Source: Planctomycetota bacterium (GTDB taxonomy: Bacteria; Planctomycetota; JAJSAM01; JAJVHW01). Taken from it: DNA of 64,000 bases. The notes beneath the pieces were generated by a model that worked only from the letters and a program-made list of their open reading frames with translations, was not told the DNA's origin and made no database searches. A program made the position numbers and the translations under genes. Below are positions 1 to 10,943 of the stretch, piece after piece. Numbering within the stretch: the first letter of the stretch is position 1; the number at the start of each line of letters is the position of its first letter. The DNA lies in contig CBDFJG010000004.1 of assembly GCA_965248445.1 (NCBI GenBank), forward strand, positions 800,001 through 864,000, in the 5' to 3' direction.

Positions 1-1412
1 TCCTGGAGATGGTCCAGTGCGTCGTCATCGTCACCCCAGTCCGAGAGGTCGCGCGCGTACGCGACGCGCAGCCGCACCGACCGAGGAAACCTACGTACCG
101 CCTCTTCGTACACCTTGCGGGCCTTGCTCGGGACGGGGCCGCCGGCGAGGAACCGGGCCAGCAGCAGCCACGAGTCCGGCATCGCGCTGCGCCGGGCGAG
201 TGCATACCGCAGGGTGCTCTCGCCGTCGGACTCGCGGCCCTGCCGACGACGGGTCACCGCGAGACCGTAAGCCGCCGGGAGAAGATCCCGCGACTCGACG
301 AGCGCACGCTCGAAGGCGCGGGCTGCGGTCTCCACCTCGTCGCCGTCCAGTGCCACGAGTCCGTCGGCCAGTGCCACGAGTGCACCGTCCTGCGCGAACT
401 CGGGCGCGCCGGCGCGCAGCGCGGTGACGACGGAGCCCGGACGCCACCCGAGCGCGAACGCGAGGACGGAGGCGACCCGTGGAGTGAGCTCGCGGTCTTC
501 CTCCGCCACGCGCGCCAGTTCCGCCAGACGACGCGGCCGCGCGGCGACGATCCGACGCAGCGTCTCCGAGCCGTCAGGTAGCGAGTCGAACAGCTGAGAA
601 CCCGGCAGCAGTTCGGGAGTGCGGGGGCCGGCGAGCAGGATCAGATCCTCGACCGTGCGCGTGCGACGGGGGCCGGACAGCGACACCAACTCGCCCCGCC
701 GGGCGTGCTCCAACATCCGGAGCAGACGCGCGAGCAGGGCGAGGCGGCGGGCGCGCGCCGTCGGCGCGGCGAGATCGGTCGCGGCGATCGCCGCGCGGGC
801 CATGCCGTGCCGCACGAGGCGCTGCGCGATCGTCACCTCGGCCTCGTCCGGGTTGACGAAGGCGCGGCGCCCGGCCCACGCCGGTCCGGCGGCCAGGTGG
901 CCGAACAAGGAGGGCGCGGGATGGCCGAGCAGGCGCAGCACCGCCCGCGCGGAGTCGCGCAGCGGACCGAACGCCGCGGCAAGGCCGTCCACGGCGTCCT
1001 GCTGCGCCCGGCGCAGGTCGTACACCAGGCGGCGGCGCTCCTCGGGCGTCGAGCGCAGGAGGGCGCGGACGACCTCATCCTCGTCCGGCGCGGCGTGTTC
1101 TGGCGCCAGGATCAGCACCGCTCGCGCCAACGGCTCCGCCATCGGGCGACCCAGCGCAACGACGTCCTCGGCCGCAGCGAGCACGCGCCGCGCGGACGCG
1201 AGCATGTCGGCTGTCGGCCCCTCGGGTCCCTCCACGCGCAGCTTGCGGGCGACCCATGCAGCGTTGATGAGGCGCACCGAGGCGAGCAGCGCCACCCACG
1301 TTGCCAGCGCAGCCGCGAGGCAAGCCGGCCCGGACAGACCGTGTTCGGCCGCAGCAGCGAGAACCACCAGTCCGGCCACGCCGACCAGGAACGTCAGGCC
1401 GATCCGGGTCAC
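1..1412 (-). CDS. Membrane-anchored protein with C-terminal TPR-like repeats (partial, runs off the left edge)
   Basis: Translated by hand because it is absent from the ORF track (no stop inside the window). GTG at 1412 overlaps the acs stop (GTGA). N-terminus [22 protein letters not shown] is hydrophobic. The distal part has TPR-like helices ([42 protein letters not shown]). The + strand ORFs here are its antisense shadow. Confidence 0.65.
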   Translation of the reverse strand, partial: MTRIGLTFLVGVAGLVVLAAAAEHGLSGPACLAAALATWVALLASVRLINAAWVARKLRVEGPEGPTADMLASARRVLAAAEDVVALGRPMAEPLARAVLILAPEHAAPDEDEVVRALLRSTPEERRRLVYDLRRAQQDAVDGLAAAFGPLRDSARAVLRLLGHPAPSLFGHLAAGPAWAGRRAFVNPDEAEVTIAQRLVRHGMARAAIAATDLAAPTARARRLALLARLLRMLEHARRGELVSLSGPRRTRTVEDLILLAGPRTPELLPGSQLFDSLPDGSETLRRIVAARPRRLAELARVAEEDRELTPRVASVLAFALGWRPGSVVTALRAGAPEFAQDGALVALADGLVALDGDEVETAARAFERALVESRDLLPAAYGLAVTRRRQGRESDGESTLRYALARRSAMPDSWLLLARFLAGGPVPSKARKVYEEAVRRFPRSVRLRVAYARDLSDWGDDDDALDHLQ

Positions 1413-3415
1413 CCCTCGGTCCCCGCGTACTCGTCGCGCAGCGCGTCGACGACCTTCGGGTCGGCCAGAGTGGTCGTGTCGCCGAGCGCCTTACCGGACG
1501 CGATGTCGCGCAGCAGGCGGCGCATGATCTTGCCGGACCGGGTCTTCGGCAGGTCCGCGCAGAAGTGCACGTCGTCCGGCCGGGCGATCTTGCCGATCTG
1601 TTCGGAGACGAACCCACGCAATTCCGTGGACAGCGCGCTCGTGTCCGCGGGCATGTCGCCCTTCAGCAGCACAAACGCCGAGATCGCCTCGCCCTTGATC
1701 TCGTGCGGCCGGCCGACCACAGCGGCTTCTGCTACGCGCGGGTGCGCCACCAGCGCGCTCTCGACCTCGGCGGTACCGATGCGGTGACCGGCCGTATTGA
1801 GCACGTCGTCGATGCGGCCGACGACCCAGAAGTGCCCGTCCGAGTCGCGCTTCGCGCCGTCACCTGGGAAGTAGGTCTCCGGCCCGAAGCGCGACCAGTA
1901 CACGTCGCGATAGCGGTCCATGTCCCCCCAGATGCCACGCAGCATGGACGGCCACGGACGGGTGAGCACGAGCACACCTCCGCCCACAGGGATGTTCCCT
2001 CCCTGCTCGTCGACGATGGCCGCTTCGATTCCCGGCACCGCGGTCGTCGCAGACCCGGGCTTCGTCGTGGTGACGCCCGGCAACGGCGAGATCAGGATCA
2101 TCCCCGTCTCGGTCTGCCACCACGTGTCCACGATCGGGCAGCGGCCCTCACCGATGACGTTGTGGTACCAGATCCACGCTTCGGGGTTGATCGGCTCGCC
2201 CACGGTCCCCAGCAATCGCAGCGACGAGAGATCGTGCCGCGCCGGGTACTCGTCGCCCCAGCGCATGAACGCCCTGATCGCCGTCGGCGCGGTGTAGAAG
2301 ATCGTGACCTGGTGTTCGGCGACCAGCTCCCAGAAGCGGTCCTTGTCCGGGTAGTTCGGCGCACCCTCGAACATCAGCACCGTCCCGCCGGCAGACAGCG
2401 GCCCGTAGACGACGTAGCTGTGCCCGGTGATCCAGCCCACGTCGGCAGTGCACCAGAACACGTCGTCCTCGCGCAAGTCGAACACCTGCCGGACGCTGCT
2501 CGTGACGCCTGTCAGGTAACCGCCCGTGGTGTGCAGGATCCCCTTGGGCTTGCCCGTCGTGCCGGACGTGTACAGGATGAAGAGAGGATGCTCGGCCGGC
2601 AGCGAGGCCGGCTCGCAATCCGCGGACGCGGCGGGAATGACGTCATGCCACCAAACGTCGCGCCCGTCCTGCATGGCGATCTCGAGCCCGGTGCGATTCA
2701 GGACGACGACGTTGCGCACCTCGAAGCCGTCCGCGGCGCACATTGTGCACGCTTCGTCGCTCGCCGCCTTGAGCGGCACGCGGTCACCGCGGCGCCACGC
2801 GGCGTCGGCCGTGAGCACGACCCGCGCCTCGCAGTCGAGGATCCGGTCGGCAAGGCTGCGCGCCGAGAACCCGGCGAACACGACGGTGTGCACGGCTCCG
2901 ATCCGCGCGCACGCCAGCATGGCGATGGCCGCCTCCGGCGTCATCGGCATGTAGAGCGCGACCCGGTCACCCGCCTGCACGCCGAAACCGCGCAGGGCGC
3001 TCGCGGCGCGACAGACCTCGCGGTGCAACTGCGTGTACGTCAGCGTGACGCGATCGCCGGGCTCACCCTCCCAGATCAGGGCCGCCTTGTTGGCCCGCGG
3101 CGTGCCCAGGTGGCGGTCGAGGCAATTGCGGGATACGTTGAGCTTGCCGTCCTCGAACCACTTCGCGAACGGCGGGTCCCAGTTCAGCACCTTGGAGAAC
3201 GGCTCGTCCCAGACGAGTTCTCGCGCGAGATCGGCCCAGTAGGCCAGCCGCGCCTCCTCGCCCTGGGGCCACGCCGACGCGTCGCGGATCCGGGCGGCCG
3301 CTGTGAACTCGGCGGGAGGCGGGAATCGCCTCTCCTCGCGCAGGAGATCGTCCAGGAAGCCGCCCCCACCCGCAGACTCAGCCCCACCAACAGCAGACTG
3401 GCCGTCGCCGCTCAT
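1409..3415 (-). CDS. acs: Acetyl-CoA synthetase (acetate--CoA ligase)
   Basis: [14 protein letters not shown]-binding loop, DTWWQTETG, and [11 protein letters not shown] (acetylation Lys motif). Confidence 0.97.
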   Translation of the reverse strand: MSGDGQSAVGGAESAGGGGFLDDLLREERRFPPPAEFTAAARIRDASAWPQGEEARLAYWADLARELVWDEPFSKVLNWDPPFAKWFEDGKLNVSRNCLDRHLGTPRANKAALIWEGEPGDRVTLTYTQLHREVCRAASALRGFGVQAGDRVALYMPMTPEAAIAMLACARIGAVHTVVFAGFSARSLADRILDCEARVVLTADAAWRRGDRVPLKAASDEACTMCAADGFEVRNVVVLNRTGLEIAMQDGRDVWWHDVIPAASADCEPASLPAEHPLFILYTSGTTGKPKGILHTTGGYLTGVTSSVRQVFDLREDDVFWCTADVGWITGHSYVVYGPLSAGGTVLMFEGAPNYPDKDRFWELVAEHQVTIFYTAPTAIRAFMRWGDEYPARHDLSSLRLLGTVGEPINPEAWIWYHNVIGEGRCPIVDTWWQTETGMILISPLPGVTTTKPGSATTAVPGIEAAIVDEQGGNIPVGGGVLVLTRPWPSMLRGIWGDMDRYRDVYWSRFGPETYFPGDGAKRDSDGHFWVVGRIDDVLNTAGHRIGTAEVESALVAHPRVAEAAVVGRPHEIKGEAISAFVLLKGDMPADTSALSTELRGFVSEQIGKIARPDDVHFCADLPKTRSGKIMRRLLRDIASGKALGDTTTLADPKVVDALRDEYAGTEG

Positions 3416-3560
3416 CGCCTCTCCTTCTGCATCCCCCGTCTCCCGGAGGGCGCGATCGTAGCCTCCCCGGGAGCCCGGGATCCTGCGAAACCTCGAGCGC
3501 TATCCTGGGGTAGACTCGCTCTGGGCGGTGGGGTCGTCCAGGGATTGGAAAGCACCGCTC

Positions 3561-6500
3561 ATGCGAACGTACGTCCTCGTTTTCGCCGCCCTCGCTCTGG
3601 GCCTCGCTGCCGCACCGCTCCGCGCGGAGCGTGTCGACCTGCACGTGCCTCTCGGCACCGCCGCAGACGGCTCCGTGGACCAGCCCGGGGCGGTGTTCAC
3701 CTCGGCCTTCCTGGTCAATGAGGGTCTCAAGAAGAACGTCTCGATCGCCGTCAAGCGCAGCAAGGGCTCGGCGATCCTCCTGGATGTCCGACTGATTGAC
3801 CCCGACGGCGACGTGTTCGACTTCGACGCCGATCCGCGAGCAAAGGAGAAGGCGAAGGAGAAGAGCTACAAGGCCAAGCTCAAGGACATCACCTCCCCCG
3901 GCATGTGGCGGCTCGAGGTGCGCGGCGTCGGCACATCGGTCGGCGGGTTCCGCATCACGATGAAGGGCAAGGACACCCAGACCCTCGGCGGCACGGAGGT
4001 CGTCGGCGTGGGCGCGCAGCTGGAGATCCCGTTCCAGGCGGCGGACGGCGGCGAGGTCACCGTGCAGGTCAAGCGCTCGCGCGGCTCGGCGCTGGTGCCG
4101 GACATCGTGATCGTGGACCCCAACGGGTTCGTGGTCCCGGAGTCCGACGGCGCGGCCGTGGTCAACACCAAGTCGGGCAGCGCGAAGCTCAAGAAGTTCG
4201 CGGTACCCCTGTACGGCGCGTTCACCGTCCGCATCAGCGGCAGCGACGGCAGCGGCGGCGGGATGAGCTACAAGGTCAAGTCGAAGCCCAAGAAGTACAA
4301 GGGCGAGCTGCCGGTCGCGGATGCCGGAGAGTCGTTCGATGTCGAGCCGGGGACCGAAGGACGGCTCGACGGCTCGAAGTCCACGGGGAGCGGGCTCACC
4401 TACTTGTGGGGCCAGGTGCACGGGAGCGCGATCTTCCTCGACGACCCCGCGTCCGACATGCCCGCGTTCATCGCGCCGGACGACGTGGAGACCATCGCAG
4501 TTCAGCTGAGTGTGTTCGACGACGTGCGTTCCCGCCCGCGGCTCGTCGCGGTCGAGGTCGCTCCGCGCCCGCTCGCGATCCCGGGGTTCTCGCAGGTGGT
4601 CGCGCCGAGCGCGAACGTCACGGTCACCGGCCTCCAGTCGGTGGATGTCCGCGGCTCGGGACTGCTCGCCACGTGGCGCGTGATCTCGGGCGGCGTCGCG
4701 TTGAACGATCCCTCGGCGCTCACGACCACGTTCGTCGCTCCGGCGTCTGGAGTCGTTCGGCTCGGACTCGTGGTGTCCGACGGGCGGGCGTCGAGCATCG
4801 AGACTGAGCATGTTGTCGTCGTCTCTCCTGGCGCCGCCTCCGTCGCCGATGCCGGACGCCCCCAGCGCGTGCCGCGGATGGCCACGGTTCACATGTCGGG
4901 CCTCGCGTCACAGCGTGCCGCGGGACCGCTGAACACCGGCGCGAGCTGGACGCAGATCTCCGGGCCGCCGGTCACGATCGACAATGCGGACTCGTACTTC
5001 CCCGCGTTCACAGCACCGCGGCAGCCGGCCGACCTCCTCTTCGAGCTGACGGTGGACGCGCTCCCGAACGCATCTCACAGGACATGGGTGTTCGTGCGGG
5101 ATGACGTCGGCAACTCACCCCCGGTGGGCGTGACGAATCCTGCAGCTTTCCCGTCCGGAGGCGCGATCTCGCTGAACGCCGTCTCGTCGTCGGACCCCAA
5201 CGGCGACTCGGTGTTCGTGCGCTGGGCGCAGCTCGACGGCACTGCTGTCACGATCGCGGATGCGGACGCACTGCAGACGACCGCCACCGGTGCCACGGCG
5301 ACCGACGTGCTGTGGTCGTTCGCCATCCTGCCGCGGGACGAACTGGCCTACGGGCCACCCGAGCACATCCGCGCCGCCGCAGTGGGCTACTCCGGAATCC
5401 CGTTCGCGAACGCGGGCGTCAACCGGACGATCTCCGGCTCGCAGCCCGTCAATCTCGACGGCAGTCTGTCCGTGCGCACGAGCGGAACCGGTCCCATCGG
5501 CTACACCTGGCGGCAGGTCAGCGCGGCGGACTGGTACGACGTCGCCGCAGAGGACCCCGGCTTCGACCCACTCGCCTCGCAACCCGGGTTCGCCCTCCCG
5601 CCCGATGTCAGTTCGCTCAACCCACGCCGCACGATGACGTTCGAGCTGGTGGTGACCGACGGACTGAATGACAGCGCGCCCGACTACGTGACACTCACGT
5701 TCCTCGGCCTGCCGCTGAACGGCGTCCCGCTGGTCACGGCAGGGGCGAGCGACCTGAACCCGCTCGGCGGGCAGCTCGTGGCGCTCGTCGGCACGGCCGA
5801 CGACCGCGACGGAGATCCCGTCACCGTCTCGTGGTCGCAGATCGCCGGGCCGGCGGTCGGACTGTCACCGAGCAGCGCTGTGCTGTCGCCCACGCTGACG
5901 GCGCCGAGCGCCGGAACCATGACGTTCCGCCTCACCGGCAACGACGGCTTCGACGACAGCCTGCCCGCGGATGTGACGGTCACAATCGACGAGGCACCGA
6001 TCGCGGCTCCGACGGTCTCACCGCAGCAGGGCGATCCCGGCACTCTGGTGACGATCTCCGGCAGCAACAGCAGCGATCCCGAGCTGCAGCCGCTCACGTA
6101 CTTCTGGGAGCAGACGTCCGGCACGAGCGTGAGCTTCGACAGCACGGCCGAGCAGTTCACGTTCAACTCGCCCGCCGGCGTCCTGACGTTCCGACTGACG
6201 GTGAACGACGGCCGGCAGAACTCGCAACCGGTCGGCGTCGGTTTCGGCACGGTGCCGCCGCCTGTCGTCACACCGTCCGCAAGCGTCTCGTCCGCGGCAT
6301 ACGGCGGGAGCGTCACACTCACTTCGAACCCGGCGAACAACGACACGAACGCCGTGACGTTCACCTGGCGCCAGATCAGCGGTCCTTCGACCGCGCTCTC
6401 CAGCCTGACGGCGCAGAACCCCACGTTCTCCGTGCCTCTCCCGACGTCGTCGCCCTTCGGCGGTACGCAGCAGTCGCTGCCGACCGCCCGCTTCGGCGTG

Positions 6501-6905
6501 AGGGCGACGCGGCAGGGCCAGGACTCAGCCGAAGCGACGGTCGACGTCACCTACTTCGCGTCCTACAACAACACGAGTCTGACGACCGCCTCCAACACGG
6601 TGTACGGCATCGTCTCGTCCTCGTGCATCAGCTGCCACAGCCCGACAGTCAACAACTGCGGGAACAGCGGCGCGCGCAAGCACGGGCTGAACGGTGCGAC
6701 CGTGTTCCGCACGAACACGATCAACGTCGCCGCGTGCTCCAGTTCCAAGAGCTACGTCGTGCCGGGCGATCCGGGGAACTCGTTCACGCTTGACCGGCTG
6801 AAGGGACTCGGCACGCAGGGCACGATGCCTCCGGGCAGCGGCCTCGGCACGACCCGCATCAACCTGATCGAGGACTGGATCCGGCAGGGCGGCCAGAACA
6901 ACTGA
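3561..6905 (+). CDS. Large secreted protein with tandem PKD/Ig-like domains and a C-terminal monoheme c-type cytochrome domain
   Basis: Signal peptide MRTYVLVFAALALGLAAAPLRA. Repeated ADAG..V.LDGS.S....LTY.W.Q..G PKD-like motifs. C-terminal CISCH..VVPGDPGNS..MPP..IEDWIRQG. Start set at ATG 3561. Confidence 0.8.
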   Translation: MRTYVLVFAALALGLAAAPLRAERVDLHVPLGTAADGSVDQPGAVFTSAFLVNEGLKKNVSIAVKRSKGSAILLDVRLIDPDGDVFDFDADPRAKEKAKEKSYKAKLKDITSPGMWRLEVRGVGTSVGGFRITMKGKDTQTLGGTEVVGVGAQLEIPFQAADGGEVTVQVKRSRGSALVPDIVIVDPNGFVVPESDGAAVVNTKSGSAKLKKFAVPLYGAFTVRISGSDGSGGGMSYKVKSKPKKYKGELPVADAGESFDVEPGTEGRLDGSKSTGSGLTYLWGQVHGSAIFLDDPASDMPAFIAPDDVETIAVQLSVFDDVRSRPRLVAVEVAPRPLAIPGFSQVVAPSANVTVTGLQSVDVRGSGLLATWRVISGGVALNDPSALTTTFVAPASGVVRLGLVVSDGRASSIETEHVVVVSPGAASVADAGRPQRVPRMATVHMSGLASQRAAGPLNTGASWTQISGPPVTIDNADSYFPAFTAPRQPADLLFELTVDALPNASHRTWVFVRDDVGNSPPVGVTNPAAFPSGGAISLNAVSSSDPNGDSVFVRWAQLDGTAVTIADADALQTTATGATATDVLWSFAILPRDELAYGPPEHIRAAAVGYSGIPFANAGVNRTISGSQPVNLDGSLSVRTSGTGPIGYTWRQVSAADWYDVAAEDPGFDPLASQPGFALPPDVSSLNPRRTMTFELVVTDGLNDSAPDYVTLTFLGLPLNGVPLVTAGASDLNPLGGQLVALVGTADDRDGDPVTVSWSQIAGPAVGLSPSSAVLSPTLTAPSAGTMTFRLTGNDGFDDSLPADVTVTIDEAPIAAPTVSPQQGDPGTLVTISGSNSSDPELQPLTYFWEQTSGTSVSFDSTAEQFTFNSPAGVLTFRLTVNDGRQNSQPVGVGFGTVPPPVVTPSASVSSAAYGGSVTLTSNPANNDTNAVTFTWRQISGPSTALSSLTAQNPTFSVPLPTSSPFGGTQQSLPTARFGVRATRQGQDSAEATVDVTYFASYNNTSLTTASNTVYGIVSSSCISCHSPTVNNCGNSGARKHGLNGATVFRTNTINVAACSSSKSYVVPGDPGNSFTLDRLKGLGTQGTMPPGSGLGTTRINLIEDWIRQGGQNN

Positions 6906-6931
6906 CGTCCGCGTCAGCGGACGTCAGTTGT
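6898..6931 (+). terminator. 15-bp perfect hairpin overlapping the stop of the cytochrome/PKD gene; probable terminator
   Basis: ACAACTGACGTCCGC-GTCA-GCGGACGTCAGTTGT; only a weak U-tract follows. Confidence 0.5.
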
Positions 6932-6969
6932 CGTTCGCGGGCGGGGCAGCGCCCCGCCCGTACAGCCAC
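6932..6969 (-). repeat. REP-like palindrome (family A), copy 1
   Basis: CGTTCGCGGGCGGGGCAGCGCCCCGCCCGTACAGCCAC is near-identical to 52120-52157 and 49038-49067. Here the minus-strand tetranucleotide is GTAC rather than GTAG. Confidence 0.8.
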
Positions 6970-7084
6970 CTTCCCAGGCACGCGGCGAGGTTCCCCCCGG
7001 CTTATGCGTGGCCCAACGGCCCCGGGGGTATGATGCCCGGCTTGGCGTCTCCGACTCGCGGAGGCGCGCAGAGCAGGAGTCAGT

Positions 7085-7303
7085 TTGTCTCGAGACGATC
7101 TCATTCAGATTCCCGGCGTCGTGGAAGAAGTCCGCGCCGGCGGGAACTTCGCCATCAAGTCGGACATGGGACCGATGATCATCGCCCGCCTCAGCGGGCG
7201 CATGCGCCGGTTCCGCATTCGCGTGGTCCCCGGTGACCGCGTGACGGTGGGTGTGTCGCCGTACGACCCCACCAAGGGGCTCATCGTCTACCGCGAGAAG
7301 TAG
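7085..7303 (+). CDS. infA: Translation initiation factor IF-1
   Basis: 72 aa, SGRMRRFRIRVVPGDRVTVGVSPYDPTKGLIVYR; AGGAG ribosome-binding site before the TTG start. Confidence 0.96.
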   Translation: MSRDDLIQIPGVVEEVRAGGNFAIKSDMGPMIIARLSGRMRRFRIRVVPGDRVTVGVSPYDPTKGLIVYREK

Positions 7304-7346
7304 GGGTCTACCGAGAGAAGTAGGGATCTACCGCGAGGAGTAGCCG
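7287..7346. repeat. 20-bp tandem repeat x3 duplicating the infA 3' end
   Basis: TCTACCGCGAGAAGTAGGGG / TCTACCGAGAGAAGTAGGGA / TCTACCGCGAGGAGTAGCCG. Confidence 0.9.
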
Positions 7347-10300
7347 CTAGCGCGGCATCACACTGCCGCGGATTTCCGGCTCCCCGCCCCGCACCCGACG
7401 CGTGTTCCAGCGCACCCGGTATGCCCGGTGTTCCGGCGTGTCCGGATAGGACTCGTCCGCACCGTACGGGTACGTGGACATCCCGAGGAACGGTAGCGGC
7501 TCGACCGTGTATCCGTGCGCGATGTACAGCTCCTGCCCCTTGCACCAGCCGGTGAACCGCAGGATGTAGTCCCGCCGCCAGCCATCTTCGAGAGCCGGCA
7601 GTGCCGACGCGGCGAACCGCACGTCGACTTCCTCTGCCTTGCCGTAGATCACGTACCGGTCGTCCGCGGCGGTCAGCAGCGGCAGCACGTCACCGAACTT
7701 CGTGTAGTCGCCGACAACGGTCTTCCACGGCATCGACTCATCACGCGTGTGGTAGTCGTAGATCCGCGGGAATCGTCCGTCCGGGGTGTACTCCCGCGGG
7801 TAACCGACGCGGGCGAGCGTGGCGCGCTCCGGCGTCAGCTCGGTGACGCGGCACGTAGTAGCCGTGTCGAGCGGACGGGCGAGCCACACCCGGTCCCAGT
7901 AGATCTCGAGATTGGTCCGGATGCGCAGCCGCGGGGTGTCGCGTGACACCAGCCCCGTCACGTCGTAGGTCATGACCCGCGGGAAGCCGGCCGGGTAGCC
8001 GATGTTCGGCGCAAGCGTCTTCCACGATCCGCCGTCATCGCCTCCGACGAACGCCTCGAGCGTCGGCAGCACGTACTCGAACTCCTCGCCGTGGGCCGCC
8101 ACGCTCGTGCGCGTGTAGCCGTACTCGATCCAGCCATGCAGGAAGAGGCCGAGCGCATCGCCCGGCGCGACGTCCGCGAGCCGATCTGCGAAGTCGAGTT
8201 CCAGCACGGACCCGTCGATGGCGCCGGTCAGCCGCGGATGCAGTCCCGGCTCCTCGGAGTAGATGCGATCGACGACCGCGATGTGTGCGAGGACGTCGCG
8301 GCCGCTCCCGTCGCGGGCTGCGGCCGGCAGGATCTCAGCGCCGTGTGCGATGACGTGCCCGTCAGCGAACGGGCGCTCGCCCGTGAATCGCTCGTCGGGG
8401 TGGACTGAGACTCCGGGAGGACTGTCCACCACCTGCAGATCCATGTGGTCGAGATAGACCATCTCCTCCATCGCCTCGACGAGCTTGAAGACGAGATCGC
8501 CGTCATCGTTCGGTGCCACCAGTTCGCCGTCCACCTTGACGCTCTCGCGCGGATCCGGCTCGGCGTAGACGCCCGGGGCGAGCAGGAATCCGACGCCTCC
8601 CGCGCCGATGAAGTCGGTGATCCAGCGGTAGGCGTGCCCGTCCCACGAGAACAGCAGTGGGCACGAGTCCGGCCGGCGCTGCTCCTCGACGATCAGGTAC
8701 GGCGCCCCCACCGGCACGTCGAGCGCGCCCTGCTGCACGGCATCCGTCCACAGGATGCGCACGAACTCCGCAGACGGCCGGGCGCCGAGGCCGAACACCG
8801 TGCGCGTCGGCGCCTGCGCGCCGTAGCCGGTCGTGCCGCCGACACGGGTGCCCTGCCAGAGCGATCCGGCCTTGGCCTCGACCCACGCGTGGCGACCCTC
8901 GAGGTTCGACCACCCGGCCTGGACGTCGTTGCGAATGACCCCGCGGAAGTCGAGAGACAGCCCGACGAAGCGGCCGGCGCAATCGAGCTGCACAAGCTGC
9001 GCGGTGGAGCCGGCCTCGTTCGTCACGACCTCTTCGACGCCGTCGCCGTCGAGGTCCGCGGCGACCAGGTTTCTCGCGCCCTTCGTCGGCACGAGGCTCC
9101 CTGCTCCCGTGAACTGCCAGGTGAGGCCGTGCAAGTACGTCCCGTTGGAGAAGAGCACGTCGGCGGACCCGCTCAGTTGAGCGTCGAGCGGCACCGCCGC
9201 ACCGCCCGGGGCGTCGAACAGGGCCTCGCGCACGAAGCCGCGCGTCGTGCCTCTGAGCTGGATCGCGCCCGACTCCCCGGCGAGGAACACGTCCTCGATG
9301 CCGTCGCGGTCGAAGTCGCCCGCGAAGCCCCCGTGCGTCCCGTCGGCGGCGAATTCCACCCAGTCCGAAGCGTCCCGGAACGAGAGCAGCCGCTCGTTCA
9401 GGTACAGCGCCGGTGAGCGGCCGGCCCGCGTGATCAGGAGGTCCAGGTCGTGGTCCTGGTCCGCGTCGAGCACGATCACCGGTCCGTACGACTCGCCGTC
9501 GCCGGCGAGGCCCGACGCCTCCGTGACGTCCACGAACGTCCCCGGGCCGCGGTTCGCGTACAGCCGGTTGCCGTGCGTCGCATCGCCGGCCAGGAACAGA
9601 TCCATGTCCCCCTCGTGATCCGCGTCGAACAGCAACACCGCGCGGGCGCCACCGGGATCATCCGCGAGTCCCGCGTTCTGCGTCACGTCCATGAACGTGC
9701 CGTTCCCGGCGTTCCGCATCACGAGCACGCGGTCCGGGAACACGATGACCAGGTCGATCATCGTGTCGCGTCCGCTGACGTTCGCGGCGACCTTCGGGTC
9801 GACGTCAAGCTCCCCCGCCGCGACGGCGTACGCGCCGGTGAAGCGCAGACCGGCGTCGTCGGTGACGTCGGTGAACCTCAACTCGCCGTCGTTGCGCAAG
9901 AGAGCGGTCTGTCCCGTCCCGCCGCACACGAAGACGTCGAGGTCCTCGTCGCCGTCGTAGTCGAACACCGTCAGACCGGGATACGGCGGCGCTCCGTCCG
10001 GCGGCGGGCCGCAGACGACGCCTCCCGCGACGAGAGGGGCGGACGTGGCGGTCACCGCGAGCCAGTCGGGTTCGTTCTCGGCTCCGCCGAACCTCGGATC
10101 CGCCCGCGAATAGCGTCCGAGGTTCCCGTAGGCGTCCGTCATCTCCTCGCCGGCCTTGATCCACTCGGCGTCGTCGTTGACCCCGCCGGTCAGCGAGCGC
10201 AGCAGGGCGAGCAACTCGTCGGCGCGCGCCGTCTCGCCCCGCCTGCGGTGCAGGAGCTGGAGCGAGTTGACAGGCGCGATCAGCGCCGGCCGGTCCTCGT

Positions 10301-10814
10301 GGACCTGGCTGAGCACCTCGAACGCCTCGTCGATCAGGTCCGACGAAAGCAGGATTCCGCCGAGCTTCGCGCCGATGACCGGATCCTCGGTGTTCCGGTA
10401 GGCCCGCCGGTAGTGCTCGATCGCCTCGTCCGTCTCGCCCGCGTTCTCCGCCAGGATGCCCGCGGCAAACACGGCGCGCGAGTGGTTCGGATCGGCCGCC
10501 GCGATCTGGCGCATCATCGCGAGCGCCTTGGGCCGGGTCTCGTCGTTCGCGTGCTGGTAGGCGAGCGCCAGGTGGAACTTGGCGGCCTGCCAGTCCGGAG
10601 TCAGCGCGTACGCCTGCTCGAGGGTCTCCAACGCCTTTGTGTAGTCGTACCGCGTGAGGTGGCCGAGCCCGCGGTTCTGCAGTTCGAGGGACTCCGCGAT
10701 GTCGGAGGGTGTGGCGGAGCCGACCCCACCCTGCCCTCCGCCGCCGCCACCGTCATCGCCGCAGCCGGGCGCCGCGAGCGTGAGAATCAACACGAACAGC
10801 GCGAGACGGCGCAT
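7347..10814 (-). CDS. Lipoprotein with TPR repeats, FG-GAP/VCBS repeats and an ASPIC-UnbV (CRTAC1-like) domain
   Basis: Lipobox-like signal (LAAPGC), N-terminal TPR helices, DYDGDEDLD/DADHEGDMD/DFDRDGIED repeats, VFGLG..VRILW ASPIC motif, and SCPLLFSWDG C-terminal extension. Start ATG 10814. Confidence 0.85.
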   Translation of the reverse strand: MRRLALFVLILTLAAPGCGDDGGGGGGQGGVGSATPSDIAESLELQNRGLGHLTRYDYTKALETLEQAYALTPDWQAAKFHLALAYQHANDETRPKALAMMRQIAAADPNHSRAVFAAGILAENAGETDEAIEHYRRAYRNTEDPVIGAKLGGILLSSDLIDEAFEVLSQVHEDRPALIAPVNSLQLLHRRRGETARADELLALLRSLTGGVNDDAEWIKAGEEMTDAYGNLGRYSRADPRFGGAENEPDWLAVTATSAPLVAGGVVCGPPPDGAPPYPGLTVFDYDGDEDLDVFVCGGTGQTALLRNDGELRFTDVTDDAGLRFTGAYAVAAGELDVDPKVAANVSGRDTMIDLVIVFPDRVLVMRNAGNGTFMDVTQNAGLADDPGGARAVLLFDADHEGDMDLFLAGDATHGNRLYANRGPGTFVDVTEASGLAGDGESYGPVIVLDADQDHDLDLLITRAGRSPALYLNERLLSFRDASDWVEFAADGTHGGFAGDFDRDGIEDVFLAGESGAIQLRGTTRGFVREALFDAPGGAAVPLDAQLSGSADVLFSNGTYLHGLTWQFTGAGSLVPTKGARNLVAADLDGDGVEEVVTNEAGSTAQLVQLDCAGRFVGLSLDFRGVIRNDVQAGWSNLEGRHAWVEAKAGSLWQGTRVGGTTGYGAQAPTRTVFGLGARPSAEFVRILWTDAVQQGALDVPVGAPYLIVEEQRRPDSCPLLFSWDGHAYRWITDFIGAGGVGFLLAPGVYAEPDPRESVKVDGELVAPNDDGDLVFKLVEAMEEMVYLDHMDLQVVDSPPGVSVHPDERFTGERPFADGHVIAHGAEILPAAARDGSGRDVLAHIAVVDRIYSEEPGLHPRLTGAIDGSVLELDFADRLADVAPGDALGLFLHGWIEYGYTRTSVAAHGEEFEYVLPTLEAFVGGDDGGSWKTLAPNIGYPAGFPRVMTYDVTGLVSRDTPRLRIRTNLEIYWDRVWLARPLDTATTCRVTELTPERATLARVGYPREYTPDGRFPRIYDYHTRDESMPWKTVVGDYTKFGDVLPLLTAADDRYVIYGKAEEVDVRFAASALPALEDGWRRDYILRFTGWCKGQELYIAHGYTVEPLPFLGMSTYPYGADESYPDTPEHRAYRVRWNTRRVRGGEPEIRGSVMPR

Positions 10815-10943
10815 GGGCGACCTCTCTTCGGAGTTCCGACGGGGGGAGGAGTCCTCTTCGCCCCCGTCGCGGACAATGAGAATGGGGCGGACAACGAGAA
10901 TGATGCCGGGCACCCCGGACGCACAACTGGAGAGGTGAGCAGC

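Noticed and set aside
1301..3721. 806-aa + strand ORF
   Set aside because: Antisense shadow of acs, typical of high-GC DNA; no motifs
7287..7346. Possible mini-CRISPR array
   Set aside because: Units are contiguous 20-mers with no unique spacers, and there are no cas genes in the window
9450..10943. Long N-terminal extension of the esterase ORF, and the reciprocal extension of the 7347..11252 ORF
   Set aside because: Each extension is antisense to the divergent real gene; the RBS or signal peptide supports starts at 10944 and 10814
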